This document shows positions 23,368-32,317 of a stretch of 39,966 nt of DNA, one piece after another. Origin of the DNA: Candidatus Saccharimonadota bacterium (GTDB lineage: Bacteria > Patescibacteriota > Saccharimonadia > Saccharimonadales > UBA4665); NCBI GenBank assembly GCA_027365445.1, contig DAHXNJ010000049.1, positions 1 through 39,966 of the forward strand, in the 5' to 3' direction. Positions within the stretch are counted from its first letter, which is position 1; each line of letters begins with the position of its first letter. The position numbers and the translations under genes were made by a program. Under the pieces are notes generated by a model that worked only from the letters and a program-made list of their open reading frames with translations, had not been told where the DNA came from and made no database searches.

Positions 23368-25185
23368 ATGCAAGATCCTGAGAAAATTAGAAACATTGCC
23401 ATCATAGCTCACGTAGATCACGGAAAAACTACGTTAGTAGATGGATTATTAAAACAATCTCAGACATTTCGGGTTAATCAGGCCGAAATGACTCAAGATT
23501 TAATTATGGATAGTGGTGATCAAGAGCGTGAAAGAGGAATTACTATTACCGCTAAGGTGACTGCTGTTCAGTATGGCGAATATAGGATTAATATAATTGA
23601 TACTCCCGGACATGCGGATTTTAGTGGTGAAGTTGAAAGAACGCTTAATATGGCAGATGGAGCTTTGCTCATAGTTGATGCTCAAGAAGGTCCAATGCCA
23701 CAAACAAAGTTTGTTTTGTCTAAAGCTCTTGCCGCCGGTCTAAAACCGATTGTAATAATCAATAAAATAGATAAACCGGGTTCAAGAATAAAACAAGTTG
23801 AAGACGAAATAGCTAATCTTTTCTTAGAATTAGCAGTCCATGAAGATCAGCTACATTATCCTACTTATTATGCAATTGGGCGTAATGGAAAGGCTTGGTC
23901 TTCTGTTCCGGAAAATAGCGAAGAGGAAACGGATCTTAAGGTTATATTTGGCGCTATTATAGAGCATGTTCCACCACCTAAAATTGAATTAGACAAGCCA
24001 TTTCAAATGATGGTAACTTCGCTTTCGTGGGATAGTTTTCAGGGTAAGTATGCAATTGGACGTATTAGTAGAGGAAAAATAAAAAACGGAGATCAAGTCA
24101 GTGTAGTGCGTAAGGATGGAACGATATATAAAGCAAAAATTGAAAACTTATATATGACCCAGGGATTAGCTCGTTTTAAGGTTGATAGTGCGGTCGCCGG
24201 AGATATTGTTCAATTAACAGGTATGGTTGATGTTAAGATTGGCGAAACTGTAGCTAGTGTTGATTCTCCTGAAGCCTTGCCTGCTATGGAGATTGAGGCC
24301 CCGACTCTAAAAATCTACCTAGGACCTAATACTAGCCCATTTAAGGGTCAGGAAGGTAAGTTTTCGACTAGTCGACAAATTAGTGAGCGTCTTTATAAAG
24401 AACTTGAAACTAATATTGGTCTTGAAGTTAGTGAAGAAGGTATTGGCTTTGTAGTTAGTGGACGCGGTGAGTTACATCTTAGTGTTTTGATTGAATCAAT
24501 GCGCCGAGAAGGATATGAATTTGAAGTCGGCAGACCACAGGTTGTCACAAAACTTGAGGATAATAAGATCGTAGAGCCGATTGAAGAATTATTAGTAGAA
24601 GTCCCAACCGAACATGTGGGAGCCGTCCAAATGGAGCTCGGCAAAAGAAGAGCTCAGCTAAAAGAGCAATTTTCTAATCATGAAGGCATGACCAAACTAG
24701 TATACGAACTACCAACAAGAGTTTTAATTGGTCTTAGAAACATTTTACTTACCAATACAAAAGGAACAGTAATTATGAACAGCTTAACTATTGGTTATAG
24801 CGATATGGGTCAATCTTTAGCTCAGCTTAGGAATGGAGTATTGATTGCTTATGAAACTGGGATTACAACACCTTACGCGCTAGAAACTGCAGAATCACGC
24901 GGAATTGTATTTGTTGGTCCAGCCTTGAAGGTTTATGCTGGGCAAATAATCGGCTTAAACAATCGAAGTGAAGATATGGAGATAAATGTTTGTAAGGCAA
25001 AGCATCTAACTAATATGCGTAGTTCAAGTAGCGATGGTGTCGTTCAGTTAACTCCTCCAACCATATTAAGTCTAGAGCAATGTTTAGATTTTATTGAAAA
25101 TGATGAACTGTTAGAAGTTACGCCGGAAAACTTAAGATTGCGCAAAAAAGAGTTAGATCATCTAAAAAGGAAAAGACAAAAATAG
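23368..25185 (+). CDS. typA: Translational GTPase TypA/BipA
   Basis: IRNIAIIAHVDHGKTTLVD, DTPGHADF, NKIDK, and the full-length EF-G-like architecture typical of BipA. Confidence 0.95.
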   Translation: MQDPEKIRNIAIIAHVDHGKTTLVDGLLKQSQTFRVNQAEMTQDLIMDSGDQERERGITITAKVTAVQYGEYRINIIDTPGHADFSGEVERTLNMADGALLIVDAQEGPMPQTKFVLSKALAAGLKPIVIINKIDKPGSRIKQVEDEIANLFLELAVHEDQLHYPTYYAIGRNGKAWSSVPENSEEETDLKVIFGAIIEHVPPPKIELDKPFQMMVTSLSWDSFQGKYAIGRISRGKIKNGDQVSVVRKDGTIYKAKIENLYMTQGLARFKVDSAVAGDIVQLTGMVDVKIGETVASVDSPEALPAMEIEAPTLKIYLGPNTSPFKGQEGKFSTSRQISERLYKELETNIGLEVSEEGIGFVVSGRGELHLSVLIESMRREGYEFEVGRPQVVTKLEDNKIVEPIEELLVEVPTEHVGAVQMELGKRRAQLKEQFSNHEGMTKLVYELPTRVLIGLRNILLTNTKGTVIMNSLTIGYSDMGQSLAQLRNGVLIAYETGITTPYALETAESRGIVFVGPALKVYAGQIIGLNNRSEDMEINVCKAKHLTNMRSSSSDGVVQLTPPTILSLEQCLDFIENDELLEVTPENLRLRKKELDHLKRKRQK

Positions 25186-25194
25186 TTAGCTAAT

Positions 25195-26499
25195 TTATTC
25201 GTATCTTAATGCTTCGATAGGATCTTTCTTACTAGCTCTAATAGCCGGCAGTGTACCTGCTAGAAAAGCAATAAACATTATACCTATTATGACTATCAAT
25301 ATTGTGCTTACAGGAAAAGTAAGAAGGGATAAGCCGGGGAAATTTTTAACAAAAGTATGAGCACCAATAGTATTAATAATTTTTCCAATTATAGCAGCAA
25401 ATATTACTCCTATGACGCTACCTAAGAATCCTATTAACATCGCTTCAATACTAAATAATGCAAATATTCTTCTTGGGCTCATTCCAAGAGCTTTCATTAA
25501 GCCTATTTCCTTTGTTCTTTCTTGTACTGACATCAATAGAGTGTTGACGATACCAAATGATGCAGCCAGTAATGCAATCACACCAAACATATCAAAAACA
25601 ATAATGATGACGTTTATAGCAGTAAATATAGTATTTTCTTGGTTTTTTACAGTTTGACCTGTATAGCCTTTTTTTGTTAATTGGTTTTGTAAAGCGGTGA
25701 TCTGTTTAGCTGTAAAATTAGATGGAAAAGTGGCTTCAATAGTCGTAAACTCGTTGGCTATTGATGTTGGTAATCCTTTGCTCTGTAGTGCATATAATTG
25801 ATTACCGAGCGCAGTATTAGCAAAAGCAGTTGCATTGCCAATTAAGTTTTTTTGTTGGACACCAGTTACTGTCGCGTTTACAGTTTTTTGTTGTCCCAAA
25901 GCATCAGTAATTCCGATCTCAACTGTTTTACCGATAATAGAGTTACTATTATAGCCAAGTGAAGCGGGATATGTTGATGGAACAGTGATTTGGTTGTTTG
26001 GATTGTTGTTGTTTACGCCATTACCACTAAGCATACCGGCTGTTGTCGAGCCAAATTGCTGCATTAGAGTTAGCTGATACTTATTACCGTTAGAGCTCAT
26101 AATATAGTCAGGCGATAGAGTGTGTACTGCTACGGCACTTGTTATATTGGGTATTGCTTTGATAGTGCTTAAATCTTTATTGGTCATAAGTAGTTGTTTC
26201 TTGCCTGGACCGCGCCCACCAATTAAGGCTGTCTTATGATTTGGATTATATTTTGCTGGAGGGCTATTTGAAGATTTCGGACCAGAAGAGTTTTTGTTCG
26301 TTAAATTAATAGTAAGAACATTGGTTGCTCCTAGATTGCCTAATTGTTTATTAAGATAACTTTTTATACCTGTTCCAATACCGTTTGTTAGGGTAATGGT
26401 CATGGCGCCAATTAATATTGCAATAATAGTCAGTAGTGTTCTGGCTTTACTTCGAAACATGCTTGAGCTAGCGCTTTGCACTAAGTCTCTAAAATTCAT
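25195..26499 (-). CDS. ABC transporter permease, MacB/FtsX type
   Basis: N-terminal TM, a large extracytoplasmic domain and a C-terminal FtsX-like three-TM bundle. The start overlaps the ATPase stop by 4 nt (26496-26499), suggesting translational coupling. Confidence 0.85.
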   Translation of the reverse strand: MNFRDLVQSASSSMFRSKARTLLTIIAILIGAMTITLTNGIGTGIKSYLNKQLGNLGATNVLTINLTNKNSSGPKSSNSPPAKYNPNHKTALIGGRGPGKKQLLMTNKDLSTIKAIPNITSAVAVHTLSPDYIMSSNGNKYQLTLMQQFGSTTAGMLSGNGVNNNNPNNQITVPSTYPASLGYNSNSIIGKTVEIGITDALGQQKTVNATVTGVQQKNLIGNATAFANTALGNQLYALQSKGLPTSIANEFTTIEATFPSNFTAKQITALQNQLTKKGYTGQTVKNQENTIFTAINVIIIVFDMFGVIALLAASFGIVNTLLMSVQERTKEIGLMKALGMSPRRIFALFSIEAMLIGFLGSVIGVIFAAIIGKIINTIGAHTFVKNFPGLSLLTFPVSTILIVIIGIMFIAFLAGTLPAIRASKKDPIEALRYE

Positions 26500-27188
26500 A
26501 CATTACTCCATTTGCTTATTTTTCCATCTTGAATATGTATTTGTCGATCACATCGTTTAGCTATATCTGGATCATGGGTAACTATAATCAAGGTTATATT
26601 TTTTTCTTTATTAAGCTTGAATAGAAGATCTTCGACAGTTTTACCAGTGTGGCTATCTAAGTTTCCGGTAGGTTCATCTGCAAATATAATAGATGGATTA
26701 TTGATAAGCGCTCGGGCGATACAAACTCGTTGTTTTTGGCCTCCGCTAAGGTTACCGGCTTTATCTTTAGCTTTATTTGTTAATTCTACTGATTCCAGCG
26801 CATTCATGCCCCTCTGATTGCGCTCTTTTCTTCCAACTCTAGCAATTTTTAGGGGTAGAATAACATTATTCAATACCGTGTCGTTGGCATTTAAGAAAAA
26901 TTGCTGAAATACAAAACCGTAACTCTTATTGCGTAGTTCGTCTAATTCTGTACCCTTCATTGTTGTTGCGTCTTTATTGTTAATTAGAACTGTGCCTTTT
27001 GTCGGTTTATCAAGTAATGCCAGTAGATGCATTAGAGTGCTTTTTCCAGATCCGCTTTTCCCTATAACCGCTACTGATTCACCGGCCGTAATTGATAAAT
27101 TTATATCTTCTAAGGCATCAAATGCCGCTTCACCTTTGCCATATATTTTTGTTATATGTTTGGCTACAATAACATTATTGGTATCCAT
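26496..27188 (-). CDS. ABC transporter ATP-binding protein (MacB/LolD-like)
   Basis: Walker A GKSGSGKST, signature LSGGQKQRVCIARAL, Walker B IIFADEPTGNLD, and H-loop THD. Confidence 0.93.
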   Translation of the reverse strand: MDTNNVIVAKHITKIYGKGEAAFDALEDINLSITAGESVAVIGKSGSGKSTLMHLLALLDKPTKGTVLINNKDATTMKGTELDELRNKSYGFVFQQFFLNANDTVLNNVILPLKIARVGRKERNQRGMNALESVELTNKAKDKAGNLSGGQKQRVCIARALINNPSIIFADEPTGNLDSHTGKTVEDLLFKLNKEKNITLIIVTHDPDIAKRCDRQIHIQDGKISKWSNV

Positions 27189-27212
27189 GAACTTCTTCCT
27201 TATCTAATAAGT

Positions 27213-27458
27213 TTATATGAAAGTATCTTTAGCTTCGTTTAGCTGTACAAGTATTTGCTTCGCAAACTTCTCTAGTCCATCTGGCTTTATTAAAACTAGT
27301 CCATTTCTACTTGGATGTGTCATGACTAGTAACTTATCTCCTGATTTAAGGTTTATCGCTAACCGTGCTTCGGCAGGAATAACGATTTGGCCTTTATCAT
27401 TAACTGTAACAATTCCCTGGATTGAACGAGCAAATTTACTACTACTACTACTTGTCAT
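27213..27458 (-). CDS. AbrB/MazE/SpoVT-family DNA-binding protein (81 aa)
   Basis: VTVNDKGQIVIPAEARLAINLKSGDKLLV is a swapped-hairpin beta-barrel motif. First gene of the ABC operon, with a 24-nt gap. Confidence 0.75.
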   Translation of the reverse strand: MTSSSSSKFARSIQGIVTVNDKGQIVIPAEARLAINLKSGDKLLVMTHPSRNGLVLIKPDGLEKFAKQILVQLNEAKDTFI

Positions 27459-27586
27459 AAAAGTAATAGTAACATACAGATCGTAGCTTAGGTATTAATT
27501 AATGGTATTTTCTCCGCTGATTCTAAGAATTAGAAAAATGTGTAGATAGTTGCAGAACAATTAATATAAATACATAACCGATTAGG

Positions 27587-27592
27587 TTATAA
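27587..27592 (+). promoter_or_regulatory. Candidate -10 hexamer TATAAT immediately upstream of the GT2 gene
   Basis: tataat ends 8 nt before ATG 27601. There is no purine-rich SD between them, so a near-leaderless transcript is possible. Confidence 0.3.
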
Positions 27593-27600
27593 TATTATCA

Positions 27601-28494
27601 ATGAGCAAAGGTCGTCATTATACTTATAGTGTTGTAATACCATGTTATAACGAAGCCGACTACATTGGTAATACGCTTAAATCTTTAATTGAACAAAAAA
27701 CAGATGTTACTTATGAAATTATTATAGTAGACAATAATTGTACTGATGAGACTGTGGCTATTGCACGGAAGTATGGAGCAAAAGTCGTGAGAGAATCTAT
27801 CCCTGGAGTATGCCCGGCTAGACAGGCTGGTACTGAAGCTGCTAAATACGATATTATCATCTCTACAGATGCTGACACCGTATTTGCTCCTAATTGGTTA
27901 CAGCGGATAGATCAAACTTTTAGGGCACATCCCGAATATATTGCAGTTGGTGGTCCTTGTCGTTATTACGATGGTCCTTGGTGGGGAAAGATATATACTC
28001 ACTTTTTATTTGGTTGGAGCTATCTTTATTTTCTAATCTTTGGCCATCCTTATTATATTACGGCAACTAATATTGCTTTTAAAAAATCTGAATGGACTGG
28101 CTATGATTCAAATTTAATGCAAGGAGGAGATGAGCTAGCATTGCTTCATCAATTAAGAGCTCGGGGTACTGTAGGATTTAGCATTAGTAATGCTACCTAT
28201 ACATCTGGCCGGAGATTGCAAAAGGGGCTACTATATAATGTATTTGTAACGTTTTTGTTTTATTATTTTGGTGCTTATTATATTAATTCTATATTTAAAA
28301 AGAATATTATAGGCGCCGCTCCCGCTTTTAGAAAAACTTATCAACATCCAAGAGCTTATATGCCAAGAATAGCTTTAGTAGCGTTTATTATGTTAATTGT
28401 GTTCGTTCCTTTGTATATCGACAGTCATCGGGTCAGTGTTTTTATCTATCATAATACAAAATATATAAGACCATTCATTAAAAAACTATTCTAA
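27601..28494 (+). CDS. Family 2 glycosyltransferase with C-terminal TM segments
   Basis: VVIPCYNEADYIGNTLKSL, IIVDNNCTDET, STDADT (DxD-like), and a hydrophobic C-terminal third. Confidence 0.85.
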   Translation: MSKGRHYTYSVVIPCYNEADYIGNTLKSLIEQKTDVTYEIIIVDNNCTDETVAIARKYGAKVVRESIPGVCPARQAGTEAAKYDIIISTDADTVFAPNWLQRIDQTFRAHPEYIAVGGPCRYYDGPWWGKIYTHFLFGWSYLYFLIFGHPYYITATNIAFKKSEWTGYDSNLMQGGDELALLHQLRARGTVGFSISNATYTSGRRLQKGLLYNVFVTFLFYYFGAYYINSIFKKNIIGAAPAFRKTYQHPRAYMPRIALVAFIMLIVFVPLYIDSHRVSVFIYHNTKYIRPFIKKLF

Positions 28495-29177
28495 AATGTT
28501 CTGATTATTATTTCATAGTTTCTCTCAAGTTGCCTGTTGAGGTTATTGAAAGATACTAAGTTAGTCATTCTATATTGACTTATGTATCCATGACACGAAG
28601 TTTGCTTATCTTTAAGTTGATCTTTGTTTAAAAGATTTACTTCAATTGTCACATCTGTGTTTAAAAGTTTTGATGCACGATTATTTAATTTAGATAAATA
28701 TTTTTTGCTAACTTTTTTTGGCATGCTCATGTATGGAATGTCTGGATAAAAACTGACTTTATAACCTTCATTTAATAAGCTGACGCCAAGTTCTCGTAAT
28801 AAGACATGATCTGGATGTTTATAGAGGAATGAGCCGGCTAGAGGAAAGTACATGATTGTATTCATGTCGATGTAATTAAATAATCTTTGTTTTAGGGTAG
28901 ATAATGTAGGATTATTCTTTCGATATTGAATATCTAATAAATCTAAGTAGTTAGCTTCTTTACCTAATTCATTTAAGACTTTCTTATTTTCTTTTCTTCT
29001 CAAGTTAACCATTTGAATCGAGTTTGATTCACCGCACAGCTTATCCCAAAGAGTAGCATGGTTATTATCAGGAATTCTTGCAAAAACAGTTAGCACATTT
29101 GCACCTTGAACTGCTATCGTATACCAACAAGATATAACAGCGTCATCCATATGAGGGGATATTATTAGTTGATTCAC
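28491..29177 (-). CDS. PIG-L/LmbE-family N-acetylglucosaminyl deacetylase
   Basis: ISPHMDDAV (PHxDD zinc motif) and YKHPDHVLL (HPDH motif). GTG start is uncertain. The stop overlaps the GT2 stop by 3 nt (convergent). Confidence 0.78.
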   Translation of the reverse strand: MNQLIISPHMDDAVISCWYTIAVQGANVLTVFARIPDNNHATLWDKLCGESNSIQMVNLRRKENKKVLNELGKEANYLDLLDIQYRKNNPTLSTLKQRLFNYIDMNTIMYFPLAGSFLYKHPDHVLLRELGVSLLNEGYKVSFYPDIPYMSMPKKVSKKYLSKLNNRASKLLNTDVTIEVNLLNKDQLKDKQTSCHGYISQYRMTNLVSFNNLNRQLERNYEIIIRTF

Positions 29178-29417
29178 TTAAGACTAGTTATACCATAAAC
29201 TATAAACATACCTATAACTTGTAAAATGATCATAAATCAAAGATGCGTTTGCTGCATTAATGTATGTAGATAATTTATTGTTCTTTTGGAGCTGTTTATT
29301 GACGCATTAGTTAATCATTTAGCCAATGTCCGTATCAGAAATCTAGCATAATGTAATCTGTTCAATCTATGTATGGCTTGAATGTTGGCCTGGTCACACT
29401 TAAAATTGCTAGTTGCT

Positions 29418-30545
29418 TCATTGGCTTCTCATTTTTTCAACACTTTGAATATATAGCTTTTCGTAGTCATCAACTATAATTGGATAATTGAATTTCTTAA
29501 CATAAGTAGTCGCCCAGTTTACCCATAATTCTCTTAATGGATCATTATAAAGTAATAATTCTATTCTTCTAGCAAATTCGTTACTATCTTGAGGATTAAT
29601 GATAGATAAAGCGCCCAATCCATCGAGAACATCAACGTAACCTGAGTTGTTGCCGGCTACGGTAACAATACCGCTGGCCATTGCTTCAAGTAGTACTATT
29701 CCGAAACTTTCTCCATAAATAGCTGGTGAGCAAAATAAGTCAGCTTGAGATAGTAATTCCATTTTCTTTTGCTCTGTGACATAACCTAAAAATTCTACAT
29801 TATTAAGATTTAAGTCTTTGGCTAATTGTTCGAGTTTATTACGATGTGGGCCATCACCTGCAATAATAAGTTTGAGTTCTGGATGTTCTTTAGACACTAG
29901 CTTAAAAGCATTTAATAAAAACTTAACTCCTTTTCTTCTTTCTAGTCTTCCGATAAATAGTATGTTTTGTGGTGTCTTACCAGTTTTAGGGCTTTTTTGT
30001 TTATATATTTTTAAGTTTATACCGTTAGGAATGATGCTAATTGGTTTGTCTGTTAAATTAGCTGCATATTCAGCAGCAGAGTATGATACTGCGGTTAGTT
30101 GATGTAGATTGTTCATTACAGATTTTAAGTATGGCGTGAATACCTTGGCTACGGTTCTACTCATTTGAGTTTCTGGAACTTTTGCATGAAAAGTTGCTAT
30201 GTTTACGGCATTAGATCTTTGCAGTATCTGTCGGCTTAGAACTGGAACCCAGGGTTCATGGAAGTGTAGAACATCAAAGGCTTCATTTTTTAAAACATCT
30301 TCTAATTTATTGATGTCTACTGTTAACGCCACTTGAACCGTTGTGTGTGTAGGTGAACGAAGGTCTGTCGAGCTGCCAACAAAGATCACGTCCGGTAAGT
30401 CTACTACTTCATTTTCCCTAGGTAAAGGAGTGATTATCTTAACGATATGCCCACGTTTTTTTAATTCGGCTTGAAGAGATAAAACAATTTCTTGTACGCC
30501 ACCACCTATGGTTATGTTGTATGGACAAACAAGTCCTATCTTCAT
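29418..30545 (-). CDS. GT4 (GT-B) glycosyltransferase, PimA-like
   Basis: N-terminus MKIGLVCPYNITIGGGVQEIVLSLQAELKKRGHIVKIITP parallels mycobacterial PimA MRIGMVCPYSFDVPGGVQSHVLQLAEVLRDAGHEVSVLAP. C-terminal ESFGIVLLEAMASG. Confidence 0.82.
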   Translation of the reverse strand: MKIGLVCPYNITIGGGVQEIVLSLQAELKKRGHIVKIITPLPRENEVVDLPDVIFVGSSTDLRSPTHTTVQVALTVDINKLEDVLKNEAFDVLHFHEPWVPVLSRQILQRSNAVNIATFHAKVPETQMSRTVAKVFTPYLKSVMNNLHQLTAVSYSAAEYAANLTDKPISIIPNGINLKIYKQKSPKTGKTPQNILFIGRLERRKGVKFLLNAFKLVSKEHPELKLIIAGDGPHRNKLEQLAKDLNLNNVEFLGYVTEQKKMELLSQADLFCSPAIYGESFGIVLLEAMASGIVTVAGNNSGYVDVLDGLGALSIINPQDSNEFARRIELLLYNDPLRELWVNWATTYVKKFNYPIIVDDYEKLYIQSVEKMRSQ

Positions 30546-30697
30546 AAAATACTACTCTACATTGTTTTAGGTGATATAGGCAACCCCTTTAATATAATAT
30601 TATCAGTCATGTCTGAAGATTAATTATAAATTTAACTTCTATTTGTATGTTTTTATCTTATACTTAATATGTTGAATAGACATAAATAAGGGGGAAT

Positions 30698-32134
30698 ATG
30701 AAGTTTCATAAAACTCAGCTTCCGAGTTACGACTTAACTTATAGTGATGTTTTTTTATTACCAAATCTAAGTAAGATAAACTCAAGATTAGATGTTGATT
30801 TGTCAACTAATGATGGTACTGGAAATACTATTCCATTGATTTCGGCTAATATGACTGCCGTTACTGGTATGCGAATGGCTGAAACTATTGCTAGACGGGG
30901 TGGACTATCGGTCTTGCCTCAAGACATTAAACCGGAAGGTTTAAAATCTATGATATCTAGCATTAAGAAAAGAAGCGTGGTTTACGATACTCCTATTACA
31001 TTGTCTACAGCCCATACTATTCATGATGCAATGAGTTTAATCTATAAGCGTGCTTACCGAGCTGTGATAATTATTAACGATCAAGATGAGCCAATCGGTG
31101 TGTTTAGCGAACAGGATGGGGAAGGAAAGGATATCTTCACGCCACTAAGTGATGTAGCTTCTTATCCTGCGGTTTGCTTAGATGATAAACTTACTGCTCG
31201 AGAAATGTTTGATAAATTAGAACAATTACATTTAAGGGTTGCACCAGTAGTTAATGACAAAAAATTAATTGGAATTATAACTCCGATTAGCGCATTGAGG
31301 GCGGAAATATATCGACCAAATTTAGATGATAATGGAAAATTTAAAGTAGCTGTAGCAATGGGGATTAATGGTGATATAGAAGAGAAAACGCATCAGTTAA
31401 TAGATGCTGGGGCCGATATTATTGTCTTAGATACTGCCCATGGACATCAGCAAAAGATACTTAATGCCATTGATAAAGTCAAGAGTATTGATGATGGTCT
31501 GTTATTGGTTGCTGGCAATGTTGTTACGAAAGAAGCAACAAGAGATTTAATTAATGCTGGGGCAGACATTGTTAAGGTAGGTGTAGGACCTGGAGCGATG
31601 TGCACGACAAGAATGATGACTGGAGTAGGACGACCACAATTCTCTGCAGTCTTAGAGTGCTCAGAGGAGGCAAGAAGACTAAATAAAAACGTTTGGGCTG
31701 ATGGTGGAGTTAAATACCCAAGAGATGTAGCCTTAGCATTAGCAGCAGGTGCAAGTAATGTTATGATTGGAAGTTGGTTTGCTGGAACGTATGAGAGTGC
31801 TGCTGATATCCAAAAAGATGAAAACAATCAACTATATAAAACTAATTTTGGAATGGCGTCTAAGAAGGCGGTAAAATCTCGCAATGCTGAAATTGATAGT
31901 TACGAACAAGCTCAAAAACAACTTTTTGAAGAAGGAGTAAGTACTTCAAGAATGTATATTAATCCTTCGATGCCTGGAGTTGAAGATATTATAGATCATA
32001 TACTGGCCGGTGTAAGAAGTGCCTGTACATATAGTGGAGCTCTAAATCTTACTGAGTTTAATCAAAATGCCGTTATTGGTGTTCAATTAGCTTCTGGCTA
32101 TAACGAAGGTATGGCAGTCTCTACCAGTTGGTAA
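30698..32134 (+). CDS. guaB1: IMPDH/GMP reductase family protein with CBS pair, GuaB1 type (GMP reductase-like)
   Basis: VGVGPGAMCTTRMMTGVGRPQFSAV...VWADGGV.YPRDVALALAAGASNVMIGSWFAGTYES is, from memory, near-identical in pattern to mycobacterial GuaB1. 478 aa. SD AAGGGGG. Confidence 0.85.
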   Translation: MKFHKTQLPSYDLTYSDVFLLPNLSKINSRLDVDLSTNDGTGNTIPLISANMTAVTGMRMAETIARRGGLSVLPQDIKPEGLKSMISSIKKRSVVYDTPITLSTAHTIHDAMSLIYKRAYRAVIIINDQDEPIGVFSEQDGEGKDIFTPLSDVASYPAVCLDDKLTAREMFDKLEQLHLRVAPVVNDKKLIGIITPISALRAEIYRPNLDDNGKFKVAVAMGINGDIEEKTHQLIDAGADIIVLDTAHGHQQKILNAIDKVKSIDDGLLLVAGNVVTKEATRDLINAGADIVKVGVGPGAMCTTRMMTGVGRPQFSAVLECSEEARRLNKNVWADGGVKYPRDVALALAAGASNVMIGSWFAGTYESAADIQKDENNQLYKTNFGMASKKAVKSRNAEIDSYEQAQKQLFEEGVSTSRMYINPSMPGVEDIIDHILAGVRSACTYSGALNLTEFNQNAVIGVQLASGYNEGMAVSTSW

Positions 32135-32143
32135 TAATTTAAT

Positions 32144-32317
32144 TTATGCTGCAATAACCTGTTCTCTATTTCTAATTAATTCTAAAATATTGATTCTATT
32201 AATTATAGCTTGCTTATATCTTTTTTCAGCGTCGCTATATTCTTTAGTGGCTATAGCTAATTCTGCGTTGCATTCCTTTAGTTCATTTATAAAAATTTCA
32301 GGTAGATAAGTTTCCAT
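32144..32317 (-). CDS. Candidate unannotated small ORF (57 aa, helical/coiled-coil-like)
   Basis: METYLPEIFINELKECNAELAIATKEYSDAEKRYKQAIINRINILELIRNREQVIAA. TAGGA lies 8 nt upstream of the ATG. It is below the ORF-track size cut-off and has no homology evidence. Confidence 0.3.
   Translation of the reverse strand: METYLPEIFINELKECNAELAIATKEYSDAEKRYKQAIINRINILELIRNREQVIAA

Noticed and set aside
27217-27486. 89-aa plus-strand ORF overlapping the abrB-like gene
   Set aside because: The minus-strand frame encodes a clear SpoVT/AbrB motif (GQIVIPAEAR...GDKLLV) and sits in operon position. The plus-strand product has no features.
28491-28494. Overlapping or abutting convergent stop codons (11688-11691, 28491-28494, 37653/37654; also a 10-nt gap at 14665/14676), considered as signs of mis-annotation or frameshift
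   Set aside because: Each partner gene is full length with intact terminal motifs. Shared palindromic stop contexts such as cttaag are simply genome compaction.
29226-29273. 15-codon Cys-rich micro-ORF (MIINQRCVCCINVCR) in the GT4/PIG-L spacer, considered as a RiPP-like precursor
   Set aside because: It has no SD and no modifying-enzyme genes nearby, and it is very short. It is indistinguishable from chance in AT-rich DNA.
30546-30697. Possible purine/guanine riboswitch upstream of the IMPDH-family gene
   Set aside because: I could not find the conserved three-way junction core (UAUAAU...GGAU...CCGUAAAU-type elements) or convincing P1-P3 helices. It is treated as an ordinary promoter/SD region.
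31447-31827. 126-aa minus-strand ORF inside the guaB1-like gene, plus other antisense ORFs (833-1057, 2351-2533, 6770-7045, 7315-7551, 7963-8172, 15119-15340, 16335-16580, 17092-17277, 17386-17583, 19191-19385, 20304-20510, 21757-21969, 23500-23703, 24393-24644, 25412-25657, 26617-26817, 26929-27207, 29818-30102, 36352-36540)
   Set aside because: All lie inside or overlap much longer ORFs with strong family motifs on the opposite strand or in another frame. None has a convincing SD or a recognisable domain.
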